Counted from the first letter of the stretch, positions 1 to 12,945 are shown. The stretch: 64,000 nucleotides of DNA from the human T2T-CHM13v2.0 reference genome, Homo sapiens (GCF_009914755.1 NC_060927.1), one strand, 5' to 3'. Translations and numbers: made by a program. The notes: generated by a model not told the origin, from the sequence alone.

Positions 1-79
1 TAATTGTCCCAATACCACTGCGACTAATCAATTTGATCCACTGACAAACTGTCTCATAGTTTCAGGTGAGCCCCCCAAC

Positions 80-252
80 AAGCGTTGCCAGATTTAATAA
101 ATGAAAATGCAGGTGGCCCACTTAAATTTAAATTTCAAATAATCTTTTTGTCTGTCCCATGCAACATTTGGACATATTTATACTAAAAATTTCTCCCTTC
201 ATTATGTGACTTTTACATTTAACAGGGCATCTTATACTTCACCTGACATCTT
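80..252. mobile_element. MER53-like hAT MITE
   Basis: GTTGCCAGATTTA...TGTCCCATGCAACATTTGGACAT...CTGACATC matches the palindromic MER53 consensus as I recall it. Confidence 0.75.
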
Positions 253-652
253 TCTGGCTCCCCCCAACAAAAAGTAGAGAAGTTGAAGTTGGCTTTTTTT
301 ATTAAGCTGATTTTAGAAAATTTTTGTAAGTCAAAATTAGAAATCTTTATTTGGGATTGTATTTAAATCTTTTATTTAGGATTATATTAGCCAATGTTAC
401 CTCTTAAATCACCAAATGCAAAAACATACTTCTTCTCAGTTTTAACAGACCACAGGTAAAAAAAGAATTATACTAAAAGCAACTAATAGACATATTACAC
501 AATCCCAATTCAAAAGCACAGGATGAAGAAAGAAGCCCATTGAGTTAGCTGCTGCCGCCACTGTTGTTAATTGCATTTTTCTAGTCCCTAAAATAATAAA
601 TTGCAGAGATAAAGTCTTCACACATCACCAGTAAATTAGAACAGCTGGTTAC

Positions 653-703
653 CATTTCATCTTCTTGACCCTGATTGATGGTCTTCCTTTCTTCCCTGTC
701 CAT
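653..703 (-). CDS. ATP13A3: ATP13A3 first coding segment, MDREERKTINQGQEDEM (17 codons); CDS continues beyond the left edge of the window
   Basis: ATG at 703-701 in GGTATGG context; translation matches the human ATP13A3 N-terminus; phase-0 donor ATG|GTAACC at 652. Confidence 0.96.
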
Positions 704-749
704 ACCTACAGTGGATTAAAGGTCCAGTGCTTCAAACAATGGAAGATCA
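653..749 (-). other. ATP13A3: ATP13A3 start-codon exon (97 nt: 46 nt 5'UTR + 51 nt CDS)
   Basis: Branch point CCCTAAC (~779-773), pyrimidine tract TTCCCTTTCTTCCCTCAG, acceptor AG 751-750, donor GT 652-651. Confidence 0.92.
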
Positions 750-836
750 CTGAGGGAAGAAAGGGAACAGACGTTAGGGAACTATCTTCTATCTTAGTAG
801 ACGATACAACTGCATTCTATCAACTGTCTATTATAC

Positions 837-1147
837 AAGGGGTCCCCAACCCCTGGGTCACGGACCTGTTAGGAACAGGGCCACACAGTAGGAGGTGAGT
901 GACAGGCAAGCAAGCATTACTGCCCCAGCTCTACCTCCCATCAGATCAACAGAGGCATTAGATTCTCATAGGAGCACAAACCCTACTGTGAACTGCGCGT
1001 GCAAGGGATCTAGGGTGCGTGCTCCTTATGAGAATCTAATGCCTGATGATCTGAGACTGAACAGTTTCATCCCGAAACCATCCCTCCCCACCCGTAACTG
1101 TCTTCCATGAAACCAGTCCCTGGTGCCAAAAAGGTTGGGGACCACTG
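837..1147. mobile_element. MER1B (hAT-Charlie MITE)
   Basis: TIRs AGGGGTCCCCAACC / GGTTGGGGACCACTG; internal inverted repeat AGGCATTAGATTCTCATAGGAGC / GCTCCTTATGAGAATCTAATGCCT; 8-bp TSD TATTATAC/TTTTATAC. Confidence 0.9.
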
Positions 1148-1817
1148 TTTTATACCATCGAAGTGTTCTTTTAATATTTAATAAGATTTTGTTTAAATTT
1201 GAATTCTTCCAAAGTAGTGATGTATTCATCACTTGCTCATGGGATGTATCAAACTTTAGATGACCCTTAAGTAGTTTCTAAAGTGCTAGCTGGTTCTAAT
1301 GACATTTTCAATGGGATACCAGTGCTTGAATCTGTATTACTTAACTACCACAAAACATGGCATATTTCATTAATTCATTTAGACTAGCAACTACTGTGAT
1401 ACAGGACAATTTATATTGAGAGGAACTACTAACAGAGTCTTCCTTTTTCATTCCACAGATTCAGAAGTAGTGTAGTTTAACCATCTTGAGCTAAAAGTAC
1501 TTCACACAACTCAAAATTATTCACTGTAGCATAGTAAAGAGCTATGGCACTAGCAATGAAACCAAGCCAAAAACTTCTCAGAGATTATTAATCATCCAAT
1601 AAATATTTACTAAGCACCAATTACATAAATGGCAATCCCTGGCCAAAAGTCAATCGCTATGGCAGGTTTACTCCTACTGGAGAGCACTCAGCTGACTCCA
1701 TCATTCGATTCCAAGTCCACTGGGCAACCTTCTGATTATTCCTGACTACCTACAAAACTTGTCCAGGGAAAAAATTCATTGAGCCCACTGACATATTTTT
1801 CCTTTTTTTTTTTTTTT

Positions 1818-2090
1818 GTATTTCAAATATTAAACATTCAGCTACACATTAAAGAAATTTGCAAGATGTAAAACGATGCCAGTTTTCTAACTTTTTGTTT
1901 TTTTAGAAAATATCTTCCAAAAATGTTACTTAAAATATAATTTTATTTTTGTAATAAATATTTGAAATATCAGTTTTAATTCATATATGGTATCAATAGC
2001 TATAGTCCACATAAATAAAAGCTCTTTAGCATCCACAAAAATTTTCAAGAAGGTAAATGGGTTTCAGCCCCCCGAGTGTGATAACCACTG
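1818..2090 (+). mobile_element. Charlie1-like hAT transposon 3' remnant
   Basis: ACATTAAAGAAATTTGCAAGATGTAAAACGATGCC...CACATAAATAAAAGCTCTTT...AACCACTG resembles the Charlie1 3' end. Confidence 0.65.
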
Positions 2091-2263
2091 CTTTACATGA
2101 GGCTGATCTCACAGTAGGACTATTACTGCCTTCGTTTCAGATCCCATACCTCTACTCATCTACCCAGTGCACAGCAGGCTTGACACACGCTAGGCACTCA
2201 AAAATGCTTACTGAATAAATGACCTGATTTAAAAAATGTGCACTAAGTAACAATACCTATTTA

Positions 2264-2680
<417 letters not shown>

Positions 2681-3299
2681 AGAAGGGTCTGTCTGTACAG
2701 TTACTTACGTCGTTTTAATAATTTCACTCCTAACTACGACATTCTTATCAAATATGTGAATACATAAACATTGGTGCAAAAATAAATAACCAGTAAGATA
2801 CTGAACTCAGTGCCATTGTGGAAAAGGAGAAACCTTACACACTATCGGGTCCGACTTCCTCTAAACAAGCCGTATGACCACACAAAACCTTTTGGGCATG
2901 GTAACAAGATCTTCTCCACCTAGGGCAGTGTAATGGTCCTAGAGCATATTACCAGAGTTATTCCACCATAATAATGTTCCATAAAATCAAAGCACTTTTG
3001 GGTGGCAGTTATTTTCAAGGGCTGTGCCTGCTACTATAGACTATGGTGAGAATAAGCCCAACCTCTTTCCCTGTAGAGAAGATCGGCTATCATCACCTGA
3101 ATGTGTAAAGTAATAACACCGTACAGGCCTACTATCAAAGGATAAACCAAAGACCTTTTGCTCTGACACTGTCCCTGCTAAAGAATACTAGTCTGAGGTT
3201 CTTAACCTTTAGCCTGTGATTCTTCCTTAAGGGCTCAAAAATGAACCTTGTAGTCATCACTCAGTAGTCACCGGGGTCTGTTTTGGTTTGGGTTTGTTA

Positions 3300-3439
<140 letters not shown>

Positions 3440-4199
3440 TGATAACCAATTCTGATCTCCAGTTCCAATCACCACCACCTAAAATATGCTTCCTCAGGGA
3501 AGGATTACTTCACATTCTCATATGGAGACTTCTGCTTCCAACCAAGTTGAGACAAAAGGGATCATATTTGCCCTTCTGCCCTAAAGCAACAACAAAATAC
3601 ATAATGGTTTTCAAGGAACTGGACATCAGGCAATGAAGAAAACTGATAATTGAGAGATTAAAAAAACAAACTAGGTAAGCCCTACAACTGTCCCAGTTTA
3701 CTGATGGAAAACACTTTACAGGTCACAAAAAAAGGGAGGACAGGGAACTCAGAGGGAGCCCAGCAGTTTCCCTGAGTTTGGGAGATGAAACTGGAAGTCT
3801 GGGGAAGCACCAAAGCAATGAGGTTTGCTGGTCAGATCACCAGAAGAGAGTCTGACCCACTAAGAACACGACTGACCTGCAAGATGGACTCCCTCAAGCC
3901 TTCAGCTGCGTACCGCTCAGCACTTGTGTGTGAAGAAACTACCGAAGGCCAGGGAAAGAACCACCCAAAATGATTAAGGGAATTAAACCACCAGGGCTCA
4001 CAAAAGGCTGGGAATCGTACCCATTTTTACCAACCACAATGGAAAACCCCATTAGCCACAAGGAATCAGGAAGGGTATTCGGGTTTTTGCTTTAGTTAGC
4101 GGGATAAAATTTGCCTCAAACAAAAACTGCTCTGGTACTGCCTAACAAAGCTTAAACATAAGACCTGAAATAATACAACTGTTTTCAAGTAAATAAATC

Positions 4200-4318
4200 T
4201 AGGCGCAGGCTCACGTTTGTAATCCCAGCTCTTTGGGAGGCTGGTGCGGGCAGATCACCTGAGGCCAAAAGTTCAAGACCAGCCTGGCCAACATGGTGAA
4301 ACCCCATCTCTACTAAAA

Positions 4319-4349
<31 letters not shown>

Positions 4350-4507
4350 CCAGGGGTGGTGGTGCATGCCTGTAGTCCCAGCTACTCAGGAGGGTGAGGC
4401 AGGAGAATCGCTTGAATCCCAGAGGCGGAAGCTACAGTGAGCCAAGATCACGCCACTGCACTCCAGCCTAGGCAACACAGTGAGGCTCCACCTCAAAAAA
4501 AAAAAAA
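4200..4507 (+). mobile_element. AluS with (CA)n microsatellite in the mid-A linker (4319-4340)
   Basis: Dimeric Alu consensus and A tail. Confidence 0.95.
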
Positions 4508-4509
4508 TT

Positions 4510-5000
4510 ATAAACTTTTAAAACACCAATGGGTCAAAGTCATCAAAGTGGAAAATACAAAGTATTCTGAACTGAATAAAAATGATATATTGAAATGTGT
4601 AACATGCCACTAAAACAGTACTTAGAAAAAAATTTATAGCACTAAATTCCAGTATCTGAGAGAAGAAAGGTCATGACCTCAGCTTCCACCTTAAGAAAAG
4701 CAGAGAAAGAATAGCAAATTACTCCCAGAGTAACCGCTATAGGGAAATAAAATTCAGAGAAAAAAATCAATGAAATAAAAAAACAGAAAGAGGAAACGTC
4801 ACTGAAACCAAAAAGGCTGGTTCTTTGAAATCCATAAAATTGTTAACTGCTACCTCGACTCATCAAAATGAAAGAAAACGGGGAGGAGAGATGCAAATTA
4901 CCAGTATCAGTAATAAGCAGATATACCACAAAAGATTCTGCAAGTATCAGAAGACTAATCAAGGAACTTAATAAGCAACTTGACACTGATACACCAACTT
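4510..5000 (+). mobile_element. Old L1 (L1M) ORF2 remnant
   Basis: AAAACAGTACTTAGA...TTTATAGCACTAAAT and GCTGGTTCTTTGAAA are typical L1 ORF2 segments; degenerate. Confidence 0.75.
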
Positions 5001-5216
5001 TTTTGTAGGTTTAAAGTTACTTCAAAATTAAAATTTTTTAAATTAAAAAACCCATCTTTATTGACCAGGGGATGGCCATGAGTTTGATAACTGCTAAAGC
5101 AAAGTTAAAAGCTGAGTGAATGGATACATGAGAGTCCATTATACTAGTCTTTCTACTTTTTAATGTGTAGAAATTGTTGATAATAGAAAAGGTTTTCAGA
5201 AAATTAAAAATTAAAC

Positions 5217-5352
5217 AGCTGGGTGCAGTGGTGCATGCCTATAGTCTCAGCTACTCAGGAGGCTGAAATGAGAGAACCACTTGAGCCCAAAAGTTTGAGT
5301 CCAGCCTGGGCAGAACAGTGAGACTCCATCACTAAAAAAATAAAAATAAAAA
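5217..5352 (+). mobile_element. Alu monomer (FAM/FLAM)
   Basis: Single monomer with A-rich tail. Confidence 0.85.
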
Positions 5353-7410
5353 ATTTAAAAATTAATTCCCACCCATCTGAAGCTTTTAGACAGAAGAAAA
5401 CTTTCAGAAGACATTTATTTCTGGCACAGAGGGCCACGAATATTAAGGACTCTGCCTCTGGGGCACTGACTCAAAAGTCCACTGACTCAATCTACTATGT
5501 GCCAGGTATTATCCATAAACTCAATTCACCAAACTTCTGTTGGTTTTTGAATCTTACTCTTCTTCACCCTTGTCTTTCATCAATTTCCCACAAACCTACA
5601 GACTTCCCACTCCTGTAAATCCAAATTTTTCAATGTAGAATGTATGTATAAATAGATGAATAAGCATGTTTTATAACTTTAGAAAGGAACTGCCGTTAAA
5701 ATCCAATGTTTTCATTAAGCCCATGTACTTTTAACTATTTAAAACTTTTTCTCCATCTATAGAAGGAGTTCATTCACCTTAGTTCAGCATAATAATATTT
5801 TTCACTTCATCTTCTACAGTTAGACCACATAAAGAACTCTTCCAATTAATTATTTTTAAATGAGCTTATTATAGGCAGTTCACTGCCTATAGCAATCTAT
5901 TTTCATACTTTTCAAAATACAATTTTTTAACCATATTACACCATTACTCTTTTTATGAGTGTAATTTCTCTAAAACGTAGTTGTTTTTTAAAGCAAATTA
6001 AGTCTTAGCAAATTTTACCAAAGTGCTAAAAATAAACAATTCAAATAAAAAGTTGCTCTAAAAACCTCCAATTAATTATTCACTTTGAATATATTATACA
6101 CCTCAAAGGAAATTACCCAAGAATTCACTTTTCACATAAACTTTTAGTCAACTCCAATGCGACAACTCCAACAGCTCTTACATTTAGAACATATGTATGT
6201 TAAAAACATATTTAAATTTTAAATGTACATAAGTAAAAGCCCTGATTATTTCAATGACTGAGAGGATAAAAAACCACATAAACATATTTAAAATACACTG
6301 CTTATCAAGATAAAAATACATATTAAATACAATTCTACTATATATCTAATCAGACATTTGAAGCATTAATACCAAATTGATAAACCCATTACTTACAGAA
6401 ATATAACTTTTCTGGACTGCTGGAGCACACGTTTTTTAACCAAGTCAAATTCGATATCAGAGAAAACAAATTGAAGAAATTTTTCTTACCAGTAGCACTA
6501 TATCATCATTCTTCCCAATTCCTGATATTTGCACAGCTTTCAAAAGCTGGCTTTTAATAATAAAAATAAAACTAAGCATAAAAATTTGGAATTTTATGCC
6601 AAATATTTCTGTTTCGGTTCTGTCTGAACTGCTTTCAAAATGATTAAGGTATTAAAATTTAGAATTTTGTAATTCACCAATTTTTAGTAAGTTTTCAGAA
6701 GATGTGCCCTTCTGCCATCTGTCACTCGTAGAGCTCCTATTATTTGAATAAATCCTAGCTAGTTAGCTCACCGAAGTTCCAATTCCACAGTGCATGCCTG
6801 AGTCTTGATGTTATCTAAATAGCAAGGAGCTTATAGGCTATTGTGCTTAACCAAACCCTTCCTTGAATTTATAATAAACTTGATTTGCTGTGTGAGTTTA
6901 AAAAAAAAAAAAAAAAAACAGTATGGGACAAAGTGAAGCTACTGGGAAAAAAAATCTCACTACATTAAATATGCCAATTTTTGAAAGTTTACTTATTTTT
7001 TCACATTATGTAATTACTACAAACAATTAAAGTATACTATTTATCCTATACCATGCTAAAAGTTAGTCAGATTTCATTCCTTAAAACAAGATCAGTTGTT
7101 TTCAGACACAGAAATCTCCAAACCTCAAAGACATCTTTGCTTCAAACCTGAGTTTCTCAAGAGTTGTAACAATATTATAATAGTGAGTGTGGAGAGTGTT
7201 GAATTTTTTTAAGGATAGTCTATGTACGTGCCTACAATTCCAAAGTAGGTAATTTCACGAAGTGATTTAAATAACGACCTGTAATCAAGTAAAAGTTCAG
7301 GCAAAGCAATTTTGAATAATACATTTTTAATTTAATTTTTTCCTTCAGTCAGTATTTGCCATCTTCAGCAGTACTGAAGTAAAAAACTAAAATTAAAAAT
7401 GCATTATTCA

Positions 7411-7988
7411 CCGAGGCGGGTGGAATGCCTGAGGTCAGGAGTTTGAGACCAGCGTGGTCAGCATGGTGAAACCCCATCTCTACTAAAAATACAAAAATGA
7501 GCCAGGCAAGGTAGCATGCGCCTGTAATCCTGGCTACTTAGGAGGCTGAGGCAGGAGAATCGTTTGAACCTGGAGGTGGAGGTTGCAGTAAGCCAAGACT
7601 GCGCCACTGCACTCCAGCCAGCATGACAGAGCAAGACTCCATCACACACACACACCAAAAAAAAAAAAGCGCATCATTCAAAATTCACAGCTGGGTGCAG
7701 TGGCTCACGCCTATAATCCCAGCACTTTGAGAGGCCAAGGCAGGAGGATCACATGAGGCCAGGAGTTTGAGACCAGTCCAGCCAACATAGTGAAACCCCA
7801 TCTCTACTAAAAATACAAAAATTAGGCAGGTGTGGTGGTGCATATCTGTAATCCTAGTTACTAGGGAGAGGCTGAGGCAGGAGAATTGCTTGAACCCAGG
7901 AGGCGGAGGGTTGCAATGAGCAGAGATCACACCACTGCACTCCGGCCTGGGAACAGAGTGAGACTCTGTCTCAAAAAAGAAAAAAAAA
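7411..7988 (+). mobile_element. Two tandem Alus (5'-truncated 7411-7668; 7689-7988)
   Basis: Alu consensus; TSD-like GCATTATTCA/GCATCATTCA and AAATTCACA/AAACTCACA. Confidence 0.93.
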
Positions 7989-9837
7989 CTCACAAAAATA
8001 AATAAGTATAAAAGAAATTCCAGTAACTGAATTTCTCAATGGTGTTTAAGTTTATAACATATATAATTCTGGAGTTTTAAAAATTAAAACTTCACTGAGA
8101 TTTCTGTGACACCTTGTATTGTTGAATGAGAGAAGGAATTATCCCGCTTTGTTTTGCAGTCCTAGATTTTTTTTCTGAGAATTACACATACCTACCAATG
8201 TTAAATAAATATTTGATAAACCCATCTTTAAAGACCACACAAGCCAAGAGTGCTTTAATGATCTTGAAATATAAACAGCACAGCTAGCATTCTAAATATT
8301 ATTTTATTCTCAAACTTGTAAAATTTACAGTAACTGAGAAGATAACCTTGTCCAGTTCAAAATCAGTTCTACTTTTTGCTGTTGAAATAAAATATGCCCC
8401 AATACGTTTAAAGCCTTAACTTTAGTCATTGAACAATTTCAATTTTAATACCTATACAAATATATACAAAAAGAATTTTTAAAAAATCAGAATCATCCAA
8501 CTGTAATAACCAAATTGTGACAATTCTTTATGAGGGCAAAACTTAAAACTTCAAGTCAGCTCCTAAAAATAAGAATGACATAATATAATTTAATGAATAC
8601 ATGGAAATTTTACAAGGATACCAGCTAAATTTTAACAAAGCTCTACTCAATACCCACTTTATCACTTCCCATCTTGGACTTTCTCTTATAATATGCTTTT
8701 GTTTCTGTGTTTAGGCTTAAGGAAGACCATTGTATCCAATATACACCAAACCAAGACTGTATTTACATTTGTAAAGTGGAGTCTTTGTATAATTATACTT
8801 TTTTGTATGTTACAAAACAATGTGATAGCTATAACAAAATAAGCTATAATTAGGAAAGATAACATAATTACCTGTATTAGGATCAATATGAAGAAGAGTT
8901 TAGCCTACACTATACCATTAATTCTTGCATAGGTACTTTATCGCTTTTATCATATACTCTATTTAAAAAACAAAATCAACCCTTTTATTCAGAGAAATCC
9001 TACAGAGTTTTGTCTAATTGTATAGTATTTGGCAAAAAGGGGGACATTACCTTTGGACTGACAAATGATACGTGCATTTTACTCTCTCTTTATAAAAAAA
9101 AATGTGCAAAATATCATTTATATGCAATGTAATAAAACAGTTTGCATTCTCAAAATGTCCACTTACGTCACTGAGAGATTTTCTATTTCAATTATTCAAG
9201 CTACTATGTTCTTAAAACTTTCATACTTTCCCCTAAATTGTTAAAAAGTATGTAACTTTTTAAAATTCCACATTCAAGGTTAAGAATTTTAAGACTCTTA
9301 TGATTGCTAGATAGATTTCAAAACATTACTACTATCTACGATGAAAAATGCTGCGGCAGGCAACAGGAAACAGTGATAAGTCCCAGACTGAATATTCAGA
9401 ACTGGCAGAAGTAAAATGGCTTAGAGAGAAAACTGGCACCTACTCCTGAGATAATCAAAAAGGCGAATACATCAATAAATTGGTGACAATGGCTACCTCT
9501 GGGCTGGGTGGGAGTGAGGAAGAGACACTAGTGCCTTTTGAATGCCTTCCCGAAGGAAGACTGAATAGTTGATTGAATATATGCCTAAACTTCTAATTCT
9601 ACAATGCATGGCCAACCCTGAGTTCTAAACTTGTAGGAACCTTTGAAGCACATCATGGTGCTCTATCAGACCATTCTCTTTGCCTGCATCTTACCCCAGG
9701 CAAGAGAAAGTTGTCATTCTGAAAGCTCCTTTAACAAGTATACTTCTATTAATTAGATTTATTTCTATCTCCTCTACATTTTGGCCCAGCTGAAAAAGCA
9801 TGTGCCTATAATACAGCGTTAAGTAGCAGCAAATTCT

Positions 9838-10202
<365 letters not shown>

Positions 10203-10306
10203 TAAGTGTGCATCTTATGCCAGGTTCTTTACTACATTACAACAGTAGGATTTACAACTTCATCCCCAAAACAAACAAACATAAATGAAAACAGCACAAG
10301 AGTCAC

Positions 10307-10793
10307 TTTAGATTCAGTGGCTGGCTTTGTCGAGCAACAGTGTAGTGGCCTTCAGGTGGCTGGAGGTGACTAGCAATTTGCAGTATCTTTGACTTCACTT
10401 AACAGAACAAAATGCAAATCTCTGTGAAGACCCTGACCTTCAGCCTGGAGGAGGAGCCCAGTGACACCACTGAGAATGTAAAGGCCAAGATTCAGAGTAA
10501 AAAAGTATGCCCCCTGACCAGAAGAGGCTCACTTCTGCAGGCAACCAGCTGATTGCTGCAGGCAACCAACACTCTTTCTGATTACAACATCCAGAGTCAA
10601 CCCTGCACCTCGACGCCATCTGAGGAATGGCTGTCAGTTCTTCAGTCTCCTTTTCGCAGTGCCCAATGACGACATTAACTCTGCACCGTAGCCATTTGCC
10701 CCAATTTAAATTTAGAAATGACCAGTTTCAGTAGTAGCTGAACCTGTTCAAAATGTTAATAAAAGTTTTGTTGCACAGTAGCCAAAAAAAAAA
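10307..10793 (+). pseudogene. Processed UBB (ubiquitin B) pseudogene, single ubiquitin unit, antisense within the ATP13A3 intron
   Basis: ATG 10412 gives MQISVKTLT..LEEEPSDTTENVKAKIQ, then frameshifted PPDQKRL..AGNQL..TLSDYNIQ..STLHL..LRNGC; UBB-like 3'UTR (GCCATTTGCCCCAA...GCTGAACCTGTTCAAAATGTTAATAAA); AATAAA 10758; poly(A) 10784-10793. Confidence 0.92.
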
Positions 10794-11107
10794 CACAGTC
10801 AACCTTAACTTTTCCTTAAATAACAATTAATTCAACATGAACTATGATGCAAGTTCCTTCACGCTGGTCTCAACTTCTTCTCCACTAAAATAAGGCAGAT
10901 AGAATAATTTCTACAATAAGTATCAACCAAAAAGGTTTTGAGCTACACAAGCATAGCCTTTGTATATGGCCTGCTGGTACACTCTTTCACCACTAGGGGA
11001 TGTTCCAACATTAGTAAGGAGAAAAGGCTGAGTTACAACAAGACTTAAGAAATAGAACTGCTGCAGTTATCTGAAGTGATCAAGAATGATTAAAGATGAG
11101 AAATTAT

Positions 11108-11668
11108 CTCAAAGAACTAAAAACAGAACTACTATTCAACCCAGCAATCCCATTACTAGGTATATATCCAAAGGAAAATAAATCGTTCTACAAAAAAGAC
11201 ACATGCACTCATATGTTCATCACAGCACTATTCACAATAGCAAAGACATGGAATCAACCTAGGCATCCACCAACAGTGGATTGCATAAAGAAAATGTGGC
11301 ACACATACACTATGGAATACTATGCAGCCATAAAAAATAATAAAATTATGTCTTTTGCAGTAACACGGATGCAGCTGGAGGCCATTATCTAAGCATTCGA
11401 ATTAATGCAGAAACAGAAAACCAAATACTATATGTTCTCACTTGTAAGTGGGATCTAAACATTGGATATACATAGACATAAAGATGGGGAACAATGGACA
11501 CTGGCAATGACTAGATGAAGGAAGGGGTGGGGCAAGGGTACCTATTGGGTACTCTGCTTACTACCTGGTTGATGGGATTAATCATACCCCAAATCTTAGC
11601 ATCACACAATATGATCCATGTAACAAACCTGCACAGGTATTCCCTGAATCTAAAATAAAAGTTGAAAT
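11108..11668 (+). mobile_element. 5'-truncated L1 (L1PB/old L1PA-type) 3' end
   Basis: ORF2 C-terminus (NPAIPLLGIYPKE..HMFITALFTIAKTWNQP) plus 3'UTR; exact 12-bp TSD ATGAGAAATTAT at 11096 and 11673. Confidence 0.93.
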
Positions 11669-11959
11669 TTCAATGAGAAATTATATATTTTAGTACCAGT
11701 GGAGATCGTGACATGGAAAGCAGAATTGCCTTTCTAAAAGATGCCCTGCATTCATGTGTCTCAACAAAAAATTAATGTACGCAATAAAACACAAAACAAA
11801 TGATAATGGGGCGGAGAGAGACAGCTATATTAATACTCCCTGTACATTCTAGTCTGAAAGTAGAATTTAGGAATCTTGCAAAGTTGTAAAGCAAGGAAGA
11901 GAACAATAACAAAGAGCAAATGAACCTATTACAGAACAAGACGATGTATTTAAAGTATA

Positions 11960-12520
11960 AAATTATATGGTAAGACATTATTTGCCCATTAAATTGGTGA
12001 AAAAAAAAAAACCTGACAAGGAGCAACCTTATATATTGGTCTTAGGAGTGAATCTGTCCTACCTTTTTAAAAAACCAATTGACAAGATACTTAAATTTTG
12101 TCTATGGCCATACCACCTTGAACGTGCCAATCTCATCTGATCTCAGAAGATATTTAAATTTAAAACCTATACACTTTGATCCAACAATCCCAGTTTTTAA
12201 AATCTATGACAAATACATATATAGGTACATAGGAACAAAACATGTATATTGCAGCACTGTTTGCAGCAGGGGGAAAAAACCTAGAACCCACCTGAACGTC
12301 CATCAATAGAAGAATAGATGAATAATTTATGGAATTAAGGAGAATGAGTTAAATCTATGTGTAGAAACCAAGATAGAGCTATGTAATATATAAAAACAGG
12401 AAAAAAGGAATATGTCTAATACACTATTTTTATAGCAACCAAATAACTCTGTGGATATGTGTTTTTAAAAGACCAAACAGAAAGGTGTAAGATACACACC
12501 AAACTGTTAACATCATCTTG
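11960..12520 (+). mobile_element. Ancient L1ME-like 3' fragment
   Basis: CCAACAATCCCA..GCAGCACTGTTTG..GTCCATCAATAGAAGAATAGATGAATAA, degenerate L1 ORF2 end. Confidence 0.65.
12100..12149 (+). pseudogene. 3'-truncated 5S rRNA retropseudogene (first ~50 nt)
   Basis: GTCTATGGCCATACCACCTTGAACGTGCCAATCTCATCTGATCTCAGAAG matches the 5S 5' end with CpG decay; 15-bp TSD AAGATACTTAAATTT/AAGATATTTAAATTT. Confidence 0.93.
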
Positions 12521-12685
12521 TATTGCAAGGCAGAGGCTACCATTAACGGTTTCTTCAAATTCCTCTGCATCTTTAGATTTATGAAGTAGAGTATAAAAGT
12601 TTTGTGCTTTCTTTCCTTTGGGGGGTGACAGTGGGTATTTAAAAGCAAAAACACCTAGTTAGAACAAATAAAAGAGTTTTTCGGG

Positions 12686-12945
12686 TTTTTTTAAGAGATG
12701 GGGTCTCACTCTGTCACCCAGGCTGGAAGACAGTGGCACCGTCACAGCTGACCACAACCTCAACTCCTCAGCTCAAGGGATGCTCCCTTGAGCAGGAAGG
12801 GGCTGCAGGCCTGAGCCACCACACCTAACTAATTCCCCCAATTCCCCCATAAAGATGAGGTCTCTTCATCTTGCCAGGCTGGTCTCAAACACCTGGGCTC
12901 AAGGGATCCTCCCACCTTGGCCTTCCAAGCAGCTGGAAATAGGAG
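12686..12945 (-). mobile_element. Degenerate AluJ
   Basis: Antisense dimeric Alu, highly diverged. Confidence 0.85.

Noticed and set aside
10412-10640. Functional ubiquitin or ubiquitin-like protein
   Set aside because: Deletions, frameshifts, an internal duplication and loss of the C-terminal Gly-Gly.
11096-11392. 98-aa ORF (and 41384-41593) as host genes
   Set aside because: These are L1 ORF2 C-terminal remnants.
12100-12149. Functional 5S rRNA gene
   Set aside because: Only about 50 of 120 nt, CpG-decayed, and lacks the internal control region.
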